Source: Octopus vulgaris (lineage: Eukaryota). From it: a stretch of 64,000 nucleotides of DNA. Every line of letters starts with the position of its first letter. Position 1 is the first letter of the stretch. A program made the position numbers and the translations under genes. The stretch lies in contig OX597817.1 in assembly GCA_951406725.2 (NCBI GenBank), positions 68,200,001 through 68,264,000 of the forward strand, in the 5' to 3' direction. The notes under the pieces were generated by a model that did no database searches, was not told the origin of the DNA, and was given only the letters and a program-made list of their open reading frames with translations. This document shows positions 12,969 through 25,595 of the stretch, piece by piece.

Positions 12969-13345
12969 GAGAGAGGAACTATGCCAAGTTTTTAAAAAAT
13001 GCTAAGGTCACATTATATGTCATTCAGATAGCCCTACAGCACCAATATAGAGTTAAAGGCCCAAGTTAAGGTATAGTTTACCCTGTCTTGGGCTTTTGAA
13101 TCTATGTTGGTGCTGTATGACATACAATGTAGCCTTAGCATTTTAAAAGATATATACAATAAACCTCCTATGGTTTCTATTTACCAAGATTCTACTCTGA
13201 AGGTATTGACCAATTTAAACTTATCGTAGAAGATATTCGCCAAAGGTGGAACACAGTGGAACAAAAGACGGAATCACTTGTTTCCGAAGCAGATGTCTTA
13301 ACCGCAGAGACGCTCGTCTGTCCAGAGAAAGAGCAACACACACAC

Positions 13346-13407
<62 letters not shown>

Positions 13408-13599
13408 GTGTGTGTGTGTATTTATCTGTCTATCTGTCTAGCTATCTACCTACCTAACCTATCTATCTGTCTGTCTGTCTGTCTATCTATCTATCAATCC
13501 CTGAACGTATATATGTATGTATATGTATATATATAAATGTGTGTGTGTGTGTGTGTCTCTCTCTCTATATATATATATACACACACACACAAATATGTA

Positions 13600-13634
<35 letters not shown>

Positions 13635-14154
13635 GTATATATATGTGCGTGTGTGTAAATACGTATCAAAACCGTACATAAAAGAAAGTATAAATCTATA
13701 TCAGACAATGATAGAGTTTCAATACTTCAGCACATAATTATACAGACAGACAAAACAACAACAATAATAATGGTAAATAAAGGCAAGAACCATATAAGAG
13801 GTTAAAATATTGCTCATACTAAAATAAAATAACAAAAACACACACATACACACACACGCAGGTACACACAATATATATTTTAGACAGAAACCTCATAATA
13901 TAAATTAATAGAACTGACAACCAATAAAAATAGCCGAAGATACAGTCATTGAGCAGCATTCCACTCACTAGGAAGTACAGCAACAATATGTGTGTGTAAG
14001 AGAGAGAGAGGGGGGATAAAAGGAGACAGGTAGGGCGATGGGGAAGGAGATAGATAGAGAGAGGAGGAGAATGAGTGGGAGAGTAGTAATAAAGCAACAT
14101 AATAGTTATTTTAGTGAGACACCAGTAATGAAGTGATGTAATATATTAGGAAGA

Positions 14155-14188
<34 letters not shown>

Positions 14189-14376
14189 AGAGAAGAGAGA
14201 AAGAGAAAAGTGAGAGGGACAGGTCAGCTGTATAAGGAAACGATACGCCTGAAAGAGAGAAAAAAAGGGAGAGAAAGATAGAGAGTGAGGTAGGGGAGGG
14301 AGAGAGAAAGGCAATAAAATAATACTATATACGCCAGAGAGAGAAAGTGGGAGAAGAGAGAGATAGAGATAGAAAG

Positions 14377-14442
14377 GTATTAGAGTAATACTATACGTCA
14401 GTAAGATAAGTATTAGAGTAATACTATACGTCAGTAAGATAA
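14377..14442. repeat. Perfect 33-bp tandem duplication
   Basis: GTATTAGAGTAATACTATACGTCAGTAAGATAA x2. Confidence 0.95.
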
Positions 14443-14488
14443 GTATAGAAATTGAAAGATAGATAGATAGATCGATAGATAGATAGAG

Positions 14489-14537
<49 letters not shown>

Positions 14538-15424
14538 GTGACAGTAATACAGCAACAATGTGCAGAGAGAGAAATGTAGAACTGAATCCACAGTGATTTC
14601 TAAATTTGAGAGACAGGTACAAATTTTAATGGAAATTTTTTTACTCGGCTTATATAAACCGCAGTACTTGAATGGTAATTCTTTTTTGATTGGCCACTAG
14701 CAGGATAATGGACAAGTTCGAATCGATTAGCATTTGAACTCGGAACGCAAAGACGGACGAAATGTCACTATGCATTTTGCGAGCGTGCTAATGATTCTAC
14801 CAGATTGGTGTTATGTGTGGTGTTCGGGAGACTGCCGGAGACTCGTGGAGCCAAAGTGCTTTTGCTCAATAAACACTCACAATGCCCGGTCTGGGAATCG
14901 AAACCACGTTCTTACGACAGCGAGTCCGCTGCCCTAACCACTGGGCCATTGCGCCTCCACTCTGCTGTTGCTGTCAACATACCTCTTCTTTCACCTTTCT
15001 CTCTCGCCGACAGCGTAGGCTGTTCGTAAGGGAATGAGTTCGTAGGCTTTCTGTTCTGTTCCTAAGATCGAGAACGATTAAACACCTTGGGTAATTCTGA
15101 GACTTCAACTGGTGATGCTGTTGGAACAGCAGCCTCCGGATACTGCTGTCTTATCCTTTTTGTTTTTAACCCTTCAGGACAGTGAGTCCTCTATTAGCAC
15201 TTGCTATCACAAGTATAGCAGCTGCGACTTCTGGTCTACATCATCAGTCTTAATGTTCGTATCTCTCTATCCACGTCTGGGCACAGTTTTGAAATGGCTC
15301 CGTGGTTTTGTGGGGACTTGTAAATCTGTATTGACCCCTACCCCACTGTATGCTGTCCCTAGACACTTCGACTTTTTGACCCACCCCCACCACATAATGA
15401 ACCATAAACTTTTCTGGCATTTCT

Positions 15425-15647
15425 TATTTCTTTATTTCCCACAAGGGGTTCAACATAGAGGGAGCAAACAAAGACAGACAAAGGGATTAAGTCGATTACA
15501 TCGATCCCAGTGCGTAATTTATCGACCCCGAAAGGATGAAAGGCAAAGTCGACCTCGGCGGAATTTGAACTCAGAACGTAGCGGCAGACGAAATACCGCT
15601 AAGCATTTTGCCTGACGGGCTAACGTTTCTGCCAGCTCGCCGCCTTA
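15425..15647 (-). mobile_element. SINE family B, near full length, 15-bp TSD
   Basis: TTTTCTGGCATTTCT at 15410-15424 and 15648-15662; head AAGGCGGCGAGCTGGCAGAAACG on the minus strand. Confidence 0.93.
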
Positions 15648-16671
15648 TTTTCTGGCATTTCTCTCACTGAAAATGCCCCTTCTGTCATTCTTGCGTAGCG
15701 TCAATCCATGTACTATAAAACAAGTGTATGGGCGAGTGTGGATTTTGCCACTTCAGTATGTTTCTTGGCTTCATTCCATTCCTGAAAAGCAGGCAATCAG
15801 TACAATATGTTTTAATTCTTCCAAATATTGTTCCATACATCAGTTAGAGCATTTTTGTTATTTCCTTTTTAGAAGATACATAAAAAGCCCCTCACAGTTT
15901 CTTAGCGTGTACACCATTTCTTTTTCCGCTCGAGGAGAAAGCCTTTGGGTGAGTGGGGAGCAAAGAGGTTAAGTGTTTTACAGCATACACTTCTATCAAA
16001 CATGTGTGCCAACAGGAATCTAATCAAGCTCAGAAGCTCCCTATTTGACGCAGCGTTAGTGATCATGTATATGGAAAGTTGCACGTTGTTATTGTTTCCG
16101 TTGCTATTGTTATTACTGGGTGAGTTTTCTAATAAATTCTTATTTGTGTCAGAGACACCAAATACATCATTATTTTTTTAATGTTCGTATTCTCACTTAT
16201 AATCTTATTTTATGTGTTGTCTGTTCGTCGAGGGGGACGTGTCTAGTCACTTTGCATTGAATGATTGAATATCGGCTCGTAAAGAAGATATTTTCAAAAT
16301 GTCTTTTTCTTCATAAATATAGCCGAAAAAATAATGACAAATGAAACTTCTCACCTACTTTAGTGATAATTCCGTGCAATAAGACATATGAATATCAATT
16401 CAGTTTTCTCAAACTCCACAAAATGTAGTCCATAGACCTGAGCAACAATAAAGACGTCTTACCAAGACTAGAAATAATGGTTTCTGATTTAGATACAAAA
16501 CCAGCAATTTTGAGAGGGAACTGTTAGTCGATATTACCAATCTTAACATTTGAATGTTGTTTTATTTTATCGATTTCAGAGAATTGAAAGACAAAGCTGA
16601 CTTCAGTGGGAGTTAAATTCAGAACGTAAAAAAGCCCGGGACAAAAGCTGCGAAAACATTTTCACTATGCT

Positions 16672-16695
16672 CTAATAATAATAATAATAATAATG

Positions 16696-16762
<67 letters not shown>

Positions 16763-16798
16763 TGATGATGATGAGGATAATAATAATAATAATAATGA
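16672..16798. repeat. (TAA)n/(TGA)n microsatellite (others at 17090-17139, 17716-17805, 24049-24203)
   Basis: Directly visible. Confidence 0.95.
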
Positions 16799-16801
16799 TT
16801 T

Positions 16802-17075
16802 CATTTATTTGTCACCAGGGTGAAGGATGAGGGGGACAATACAAAGGCAGACACCAAGTCTCGGGGTTCGCATATAATGAAATGATAAAATAAATAACAA
16901 AAAGAGTAAGTATACACAGTATACAATGAACAGAAAGTGAAATATACATATTTTACAAAGGTTAAACAGTGGTGGTGGTGGGGGCGGTTGATAGAGATGT
17001 AGTCCTCCTGATACAGAATGACTTCTAGGGATAATCGAGAAATCTCACTGTCCAAGATCTCTCTGAACACGCCAA
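16802..17075 (-). mobile_element. Probable 3' UTR of a Tx1/L1-like LINE
   Basis: Minus strand ends GTCTGCCTTTGTATTGTCCCCCTC...GGTGACAAATAAATGAAA then (TTA)n; same strand as, and downstream of, the ORF2 fragment at 17185-17583. Confidence 0.4.
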
Positions 17076-17090
17076 TTCCTTCCCTGATTC

Positions 17091-17139
<49 letters not shown>

Positions 17140-17184
17140 GTGTCTTTTTTCTTTCTTTCTTTTTCTCTTTTTTTCTATTACATA

Positions 17185-17583
17185 ACTTGAACCGATAGCG
17201 ACCCCCGGTAACATTGCCAAGCCAAGGACATCTGAAAATTATCCATGATAGTTCCCGACGGGAAAGCCCGCAGGAACAGACTGGCCAGTTCGTTTTCGTC
17301 GACGCCCAGAACGTTGTCGCACTTATCCCTCATTAATTCTCTACAACTTGCTGAAGCGGAACACCCACCGACTCTATTGCTCGACTGGTAGGGGGCTGTA
17401 AGCACCTGACGGTGTTTTAGGCGCCAAGCGCCAAGTCTCGGCCTTTTCCTTTACCCAGGACTGCAGCTCCGTCGACGAGCTGCGGAAAGACGTGCCTCAC
17501 AAACGGAGTCCACACACGCTCACCGTCCAGAAATCGTTGCAGGTGGAGCAACCTTAGAACGTGTCTGCGCATCAGAAGCCACG
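17185..17583 (-). pseudogene. Tx1/L1-like LINE ORF2 C-terminal fragment
   Basis: WLLMRRHVLRLLHLQRFLDGERVWTPFV...DNFQMSLAWQCYRGSL, resembling the post-RT / zf-RVT-proximal region; frameshifted. Confidence 0.7.
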
Positions 17584-17716
17584 AATAATGATAATGGTCT
17601 CAAATTTTGGTGCAAGGGCAGCAGTTTCGTTGGAATTGGAATTCAGAATGTGAAGACGGACGAAATGCTGTTAGGCAGCTAGCCCAGCGTGTTTACGATT
17701 TTGCCAGCCCACTAAC

Positions 17717-17777
<61 letters not shown>

Positions 17778-17805
17778 TGATGATAATAATATTAATAATA
17801 ATAAT

Positions 17806-18240
17806 ATACAAAATCAGCACTCCTGCTTACTGGTAAGAACATCATCCTGAGCCAGTCGTTGAACGTAAAAATGTTACTATCCTCTGGGATTTTCCAATCA
17901 ACACCGACAATACGATCGAGGCTAATCGATCAGATATAGTCATTAAAGACAGGGAAGAAAATGCTTGTAGACTAATAGTTGTAAGTGTTCCCACTGATAA
18001 AAATATATCTGTAAAGGAATTTGATAAATTGAGTAAATATAAGGACCTGGAAATTGAAATGCAAAAGATGTAGCATCTTAAAGTGAGAACTGTTCCTGTT
18101 ATTGTGGGTACGCTAGGTGTGATAGGAAAGGGATGTCAGAAACATCTAGATAATATCCCTGGAGAACTATGTCTTAGAGAAATCCAATGATTGTGCTGAC
18201 ATGTACAGCCTGCATCCTTAGAAAAACCCTATCAATTCAA
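17806..18240 (+). pseudogene. R4/Dong-clade LINE 3' fragment, restriction-like endonuclease domain
   Basis: TILWDFPINTDNTIEANRSDIVIKD...KLSKYKDLEIE...VPVIVGTLG (PD-(D/E)xK RLE signature); starts right after (TAA)n. Confidence 0.88.
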
Positions 18241-18249
18241 CTGTATGTG

Positions 18250-19420
18250 TTGTATTACACGAAGGGAGTTCGCTAATGTCCACCGGCATGTTCTTGACTC
18301 GAATTCGAGTCAACCTTTTATTCATGTAATGAGGAATCATCACAATAGCCTGAGGACGAGAAAGCTATAGTAGCTATTCTTCTGGTTTCTTGCTCACTGC
18401 TGCATATAGTAGCTACCGCCTCGTACTAATTACCTTTGTATATGTGTAGCGCAGAGGGCCACACGTCTTCGAGGAATTTTTCGGTCTCTGCCGGAGTAGG
18501 AAATTTATGTTATCTCTCCTTGCGAGGAGCACATTTATATACAATTGTCGTTCAGAGTTTTTTTTTTACCTCCTCACTGATGCTCATAACACCTGGTTGT
18601 GTAATATCACTTTTGTATTGCAGTTCTTTATTTTTCAAATCTTGAACTAAATGGACAGCCCATTGGCTAACTGCTCTCGAAAAGGATATAGCCTTGTTGT
18701 GGTTCTCTATGTCATTATTGCTACTGCTGCTGATGTTGTAGTTGTCGTTTTCGTTGTTGTTGCTGTTTTCCACACAGTTACCATTGGTAACTGCATTGTT
18801 CTTTTCACTGTTGTTGCTTTTTCAATATTGCTGTTCATGTTGATGTTGTTTCCGATCTTGTTCATGTTGTTGCTGATGTTGCTGATACAATTGCTTTTAT
18901 TGTTGTTTCTGCTGCTTGTACGGCTGCTGCTGCTGTTGTTGCTAAGTAACAAGACGGGTAAGGGTGATTAGGTGATGGTCTAGGGCTTAGGGGCGGGAGA
19001 CCCCAGACCTTGGAAAAAAAACTTTGGTCGTCTTGTTGTAGTCGAAGGCTCTTCGTTGACGCCCGACACCACTGGGAGGTGGCCCTCAAAGTCGCTGGAA
19101 ATGGAGATCTCCAGGTCCAAATCCTTGAGTGGCTGCTGCTGCTGCTGTTGCTGTTCACATTGTCGCTATTGATGTCGTCGTTGTTGTTGTTTTCCCTGCT
19201 TTTGCTGCTAGTACCGTTGCACTTGTTACCGTCGTCACAGCAACAAGAGGAAATTATATTACTTTTCGGCGAGAAATCAATTTTAGCATCAGCTGCGGCT
19301 GCGTTCGGAGTTAAGACTGTGTTAACAAAATGCTGTTCTCTGTCGATTATTATGATTTTGTAAAAATCCGAAATGTTTTAAAATTGGAAAAATAAATGAA
19401 ATCGTGTCCTCACATAGTGG
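18250..19420 (-). pseudogene. Second, divergent Tx1-like LINE 5' region (ORF1 remnant)
   Basis: ISFSRAV...TTIVY...EKFLEDVW..IYKGN*Y...MIPHYMNKRLTRIRVKN aligns by eye with SFASAAK...KTIIY...EKCLRLMW..IGRGKKY...MVPIYLARRVVKVKIR of the neighbouring ORF1. Confidence 0.6.
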
Positions 19421-19429
19421 GTGCAATTA

Positions 19430-20450
19430 TATCAAGTGTTCCTTAGCTCTGACAATGCATCTTTAGAGCTTGGCGTTGAAAAATTGGTCCAGGACCACCC
19501 TTGCCAGCAGCACGTCAGTTGCTCTTCTAAGCGCTTCTTCTAAGTTCCTAGCTAGGTTTCCTTCTATTCTATTTTTCTCTATTGCTTGTGCCTTGCTAAA
19601 TCTAATCGATTCTATTTTAATTGCTCTTTTCAAGGCATACCACCGATTGTTGTTGAGGATTGATTCCGTTAACGCCCGTTTAACTGATTCGCTAATTCGG
19701 TCTCTGTAAGTCTGGTACGACGAGAGTGACGCGCTCAGCTTCTAGTAACCGGAACCCCGCCTACGTAGTCTAAGTCGACCGTACAGATCACATACTTGTG
19801 GGCTGTATAGCTGATGAATTTAAAATGTGGACAACTTATCTGTCCTAATCTATTGGTCTACAGAACATTCTATCTAGATACGACATGGATAACCCGACGC
19901 AGTTAGACCAATCCCACACTGGCACATTCGGGAAATCTAGTAGACACCTGTTAAACAGCTGCAAACTTCTGAACAGGTTTGCGCTAGCTCCACACGGTCC
20001 AAACGTGGCTCTAAGATAGCATTCCAATCGCCCATAAGCACTAAAGATCGAGGCGTTCCTAAGAAAACCTCCAGACGTCTAGAGAAATCCGGCTGTCCTA
20101 CTCATATAGGTGCATAAACGGTTACCAGTTCGAGGGCATGCTTGTCGCAACTGCTCACATCCAGGGCTACCAGCTTGCTTTCAGGATCTAGGAAAATTAT
20201 CCTTATCATGAGATTCAGGCCTCTCCGGATTAACACCGCCGTTCCACCTCCCATTCCCGGTTTACATGGAGATAAATATATCTCGTATCCATCGAAAATG
20301 GGCATGAAAGCTTGTTGGTCGGAGAGTCTGGTTTCATTGATTGCAACTATATCGATACTTGGTAACATGAGGTCATTGAGTAGATGGCCTTGTTTTCAAG
20401 GCGATCTCCAGACCACGAGCATTTATACTGCTTACTCTGATCAGGGTAAT
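19430..20450 (-). pseudogene. Tx1/L1-like LINE ORF2 AP-endonuclease domain (degenerate)
   Basis: INARGL, IVAINET, GGGTAVL, VYAP, MGDWN, SYLDR and SGY*KLSASL motifs in APE order. Confidence 0.9.
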
Positions 20451-20519
20451 GTAAGATCAAAGTATTGAAGGGGAAGAGGGTACTTACTGTGATTTAGTTG
20501 GCGAGGAGGGACTGATGTT

Positions 20520-22412
20520 CCGTTTTCATAGGTATATGTGGATGTTTCCACGAGCAGCTCTTTTTATATTCGTCTCTTTATGTATTTCTGGAAAGCACAT
20601 ACTCCTTCAGGGTATTCTGTTTTGATGATGTTACGTGTGTTGTGATGTTTGTATGACTTTAATATGTATTGGTGTGTTGGTTCTAGGTGTGATGAAGTCG
20701 GTGTGTGTGTGTGATGTCTGTATGTGATCTATTAGTTGCTTATTGTTGGTGTCTATTGTTGTGTGGTTCAAAATGTTCGAAGTGGGCTGTGCTTGTGTGA
20801 CTGCTGTTGGGAGGGGTGTTTGTGCATTTGTTTTTAATGGCATCTCCTGACTGTCATCATATCTGCCAGATTTTTGTGTACGCGAGGATGTTTTTATTTC
20901 TCTTTTTCTTTTGTCTGTTCTGGCGACTGTTTGCCATTTATTCTGTTTCTCGTCCCCTTCTGCACAGGTTGTGTCCGAGCGGTCGGAACAAGGAAGGGGC
21001 AAATCTTGTGGGGATTTTTTGTTGTCTTGTTGATAAAGTTGTTGTTGTTATTTTGGAGGGTTCTGGTGCTGTAGCTTTTGCTGCTGCTATTGCCGCTGCT
21101 ACTGCTGCTGCCGCCGCCCTTGCTGCTGCTACTGTTGTCCACACTGCTGCAACAGTTGTTACTACTACTACTACTACTGTTGCTGTTGTTTTCACCACCA
21201 GGGTAGTCATCTGCCTCTGTTGGTGCTGTTGTTGTTTTTATTGTTGTTGTTGTAGTGGTGTTGGCAAAAGTGTGAGTCTCTTTCGTTGTAGGCAGAAGAC
21301 TTTCAAATGGTTTGTGTCCCAGCACAGGTGACACCTTAGTTTTCTACCCTGAATAATCATGTGTAGATTACGGCCATCAGGTAAATTTATGGTATCTGGA
21401 ATTGTTTCCAGGTTTTGGTTGTCCTTCTGCATCAAAAACTCTAGGCCTTGTTCCGACCAGTTTTGTATGTGCAGTTTCCGCACCTTTAAAATGCTCACCT
21501 TTTCTTCTATGTACAGAAGGACAGCTTCCACCAACCAGCAGATGCTTATTTGTGGTGGTATGTCTAATTTTGACTTTCACTACTCTGCGAGCCAGGTATA
21601 TGGGTACCATATAAGGTTCTTCATTTTTTAAAGCGTGTGTTTCCTTGTCAACTCTTCTGTATCAAATCTCACCTCTATAGTACCATACTTTTTGCCTCTT
21701 CCAATATAGGTTTTAATGTCCCACATTAGACGCAGACACTTTTCAATTCAAACTTGTGTTGCTCGTTCAACTTTATGACTTTTGGTGCCTATTGGTTTAT
21801 ATATATTATGGTCTTTTCAAGTGTGTCCTGCACAACGTCTTTAGAAGTGCTCAGGGTTACACTTTTTTCTTCTATTTCTTTTTTAAACTTGTTTTGCTTG
21901 GATAAAATTGTCTGTTGACATGTTTATGTATTCTTCTGACAACTTCGCTGCAGATGCGAAGCTGTCTTGGCTGGGTTTGTCATATTTGTCGTTTTGAACG
22001 TTAATGGTGGTAATGGTGGCGGTGTTCGTGAAATTTGTATGTGTTTGGTGTAAAAGAACTATTTTCTCTTTCTCTTCACTTTTTTGCTCATTGCTGTCGT
22101 TGTTGCTGCTGTTCTTCTTCTCCCTCTCAACCACATTAGGTAGCGGAGGGAATGAAATCTCGCAGAGGCTGGTGCAACAACCGTCGGCACCCTCGATTTG
22201 TGAAGTCATTCTAGAAATTTTGTTTTCAAAATATTGAATTTTGAGTTGTTAAAACTCAAAATTTGCGCTTAAAGGGCGAATGTTTTGCAATCTCAACTGG
22301 CCCTGGATTAACAAGACAACAGTTCAACAAAATATATAAAAACAAACAATAAAACCACAAATTTTAAGAAAAATTAACAAATATTCGAACACGCGATCGC
22401 CAGCTTTAGTCG
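20520..22412 (-). pseudogene. Tx1-like LINE 5' UTR and ORF1 with zinc knuckle
   Basis: ORF 21238-21534 contains CHLCWDTNHLKVFC (CX2CX4HX4C); N-terminal SFASAAK; low-complexity T/Q/S tail; lies directly upstream of the APE domain. Confidence 0.82.
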
Positions 22413-22549
22413 CAACAACAACAACAACAACAATAATTTATTCTTATATTGGCCACAAGGGCTAATATGCAACAACATTGATAATAATAAGTATTTCTTT
22501 ATTAGCCACAAGGACTTGCTTAAAACAACATAAAATGCCATACAACACG

Positions 22550-23785
22550 TAATAGGCCATCTAATTTATATGGATTACTTAAAAATCTATAGTGAAGCCA
22601 GTGTGAAAACATTCAGTTGTGGTATCGGGATGGAGTTTCGTCTTGATAATTGTTTCAAGGCCACTTTCCAGAGAGGTAAATTGGGGACCACAAATTCAGC
22701 CGTGTTATGAATATGAATATCAATGTTGAGTAAGAACAAACCTGCAAATACTTAGAATAAATGAAGGCCCTGGCATTCAGCATGCAAGCATGAAAGAGAA
22801 GATCAGGAAGGAATGTTACATGAAAGTTTTAGATGTTCTGAAAGCTGAGTTAAATGCGCATAACAAAGTATTAACCATATATTCTTTAGCAGTTCCAGTT
22901 GTTACTTATAGCTGCAATGTGTTGAATGGAATATCCGTGAAGTAAAGAAAATTTACAGAAAAATACGCAAGCTGCTGAGTTGTAATGAGATGAACCACCC
23001 AAAGGCAGATATAGATCGTCTTTGCCCTCCCAGAGCCTAAGGAGGTCAAGGTTTTAGCCAATTTGAACTCTCTTACAAAACCAATGCAATTGGTCTAGCC
23101 AAATATATTGAACCATCTAACAACTGCATGTTAAAGCTCGTTGAAAATCACGAGGGACGTAAGAAGATTCATTTTGTCATAAAGGAGGGTAAAACATTTT
23201 CTATTGATCTCATGCACGATGCACAGGTTGGACAACCTGTGAGAGAAGTACGAGAACCATTATTGCTACGGAACTCAAGACAGAGAGCAAAAGCTTCATG
23301 TTAGCCGCTCAATACCAAAACTTATTGCCTCAGAACTACCAAGCCAATGTGATGAAAAATGAAGTTGATCCAAAATGCCGATTCTGCAGTGAAGTAATTG
23401 AAAGAGTAGACCACCTAATCTCTGAATTTAAATTCTTAGCACTATATATCAAGACAGAGTTGGTCAATATCTACACTGGTTAATATATCGGCATTATAAA
23501 ATATCAAAACTGCTAACAAATGGTATAGTCACCACCCTGTGGCGGTAACTGAGAGGTAAAACGTAACGACTCTTTGGATTTTCCAGAATATACAGACCGA
23601 ACCATCAAAGCTACCAGATATTGTTGTGAAAAGCCAGAACAATAAAGTTCGTTTATTGATCGACTTGGGTATTCCTTAAGATCATAATATCTCGGCAAAA
23701 GAATTTGACAACTTCAGAAAATATAAAGATTTGCTCATTGAAATTGAAAAATGTGGCATCTAAGGTGCTGTAATAATTGTAGGAG

Positions 23786-23790
<5 letters not shown>
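22550..23790 (+). pseudogene. R4/Dong-clade LINE fragment (RT end, CCHC finger, RLE)
   Basis: YMDYLKIY, GMEFRLDNC, LAVPVVTYS, HPKADIDRL..GG, AAQ..CRFC..DHLIS and a degenerate RLE region. Confidence 0.9.

Positions 23791-23850
<60 letters not shown>
23787..23850. repeat. (CTA)n microsatellite
   Basis: Directly visible. Confidence 0.95.
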
Positions 23851-23851
<1 letters not shown>

Positions 23852-23869
23852 GGCTCAAAGCCAGTGACA

Positions 23870-24048
23870 TCAGAGGAGGGGTAAGTGGATTACATCGACC
23901 TCAATTTTTGACTGATACTTACTTTCTCGACCCCGAAACGGTAAACGGCAAAGACGACCCCTACAGAATTTGAACTCAGAACCTAAAGACGAATGAAATG
24001 CCACTAAACATTTGTCCGGTACGGTAACGATTCTGCCAGCTCGCCACC

Positions 24049-24050
<2 letters not shown>
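23870..24050 (-). mobile_element. SINE family B
   Basis: Head AAGGTGGCGAGCTGGCAGAATCG and B-box GAGTTCAAATTC on the minus strand. Confidence 0.85.
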
Positions 24051-24115
<65 letters not shown>

Positions 24116-24140
24116 TGATGATGATGATGATGATGATGAA

Positions 24141-24197
<57 letters not shown>

Positions 24198-24204
24198 AAT
24201 AATT

Positions 24205-25595
24205 GTTTCAAACTGCAAAGTCTGCCCCCGGACCAGAAGGTGTCCGGGGTTTCCGGCTGAAGATTTCCTCAAGTATATACAGCTACATACGACCGGTTTT
24301 TATGGACTGCATAGAAATGGAACACCAATATGGATGACAAACAGGACAGTACTGATACAGAAAGAATAAAAAAAGGAGAGGATAAGTCAGCAATTATAGA
24401 CATATTACTTGCTTACCATTACTCTGGAAGCTGGCTTTTGAAAGGTCTGAGAACGCTCGTAGTTCATGAGATAAACAACTTTTTGGAGAGGAGCAATGAG
24501 AAATAGAACTGACGTATGCAAATGAATCGCTAGGCAACGTGAAAATACGCAAGGGTATTTCCCATGGAGACTCGCTCTCTCCATTACTCTTCGTCATTGC
24601 GCTAATCACTGTGACAAGTATAGTGAGAAAATCCATGCCTGCTTAGAGTTAACCAAATCCAAAAATGAGAATAAATCACCTGCTTTATAAGGATGACCTC
24701 AAGCTGTAACCAAAAATTGAGACAGGCCGAGATTCTTTGATCCAAACTGTGAAAGTGCAGTAAATATATTGTAATGTAGTTTGAGTTAAATAAGTGTGCA
24801 GTACTAATTATGAAGAGACTCCCGCAGGTAAACCCTGGTGGCATTACCACAAGAGAACATCATTCGATCGCTGTGGAATAACGAGGGGTACGTAAGAGTG
24901 CTGCAAGACGATAGGGTAATGGAAGAAGAAATGAGAAAGTCACTAAAGAGTACGAGAAGAAAATTAGGAAGGTGCTCGAAAGAAAATGCAATGGAGGAAA
25001 CAGTATTTTCTTTAAGTCATAAAAACATGGACTCTGCCAGTATTAAGATACTCTGCTCCCTTTCTGAGCTACAGAATTTGGATAGAAGAAATAGAAAGCT
25101 GCTCACAATGAATAACGCAATTAATCCTAAACTAATACTTACCGACTCTACCTACCAAGAAAGGAAGGTAGCAGAGGATTACTAAACGCAGAAGACACAG
25201 TTAAATCTGTGATGCTGGATCTGAAAAAATATGTTGTGCAGAGTAAAGAAAGAATACTATCGGCAGCCAGAAATACCCAAAAGTGACTGAAACAGTAGGA
25301 ATGATAACAGATCAAGCAGATGGAAGGAAATGGAATTACATGGCCAATTCCTGCAACAAACCGAAGTAAAGATCGTTGGCTCTGGTTGACAGACGAGAAA
25401 CTGAAACGAGAGACAGAAACGCTAATTATAGCTGCGCAGCAACAAGCCCTTAGAACAGATCTGGTAAAGGTAAAGATCGACAAAACTCAGTTAAACAAGA
25501 AATGTAGAATCTGCAGGAAAGGGGTCGAAAATATCGATCACCTATTGAACGAGTGCAGTATACTAGCACAAAAGGAATATAAGTGCAGACATGAC
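24205..25595 (+). pseudogene. R4/Dong-clade LINE RT and CCHC fragment
   Basis: APGPEG, NYRHITCLPLLWKL, KGISHGDSLSPLLF, HLLYKDDLKL, LHGQF, LKRETETLIIAAQQQALRT, CRIC..DHLLNEC..EYKCRHD; follows a (TAA)n(TGA)n tract. Confidence 0.92.

Noticed and set aside
18294-18313. Perfect 20-bp palindrome TTGACTCGAATTCGAGTCAA as a regulatory site
   Set aside because: It lies within the decayed ORF1 frame (RLTRIRVKN) and is most likely coincidental.
18350-18375. CTGAGGA..GAAA hammerhead core (likewise CTGATGA at 19811, 36021 and on the minus strand near 15241 and 62792)
   Set aside because: No stem II or stem I can form around these cores.
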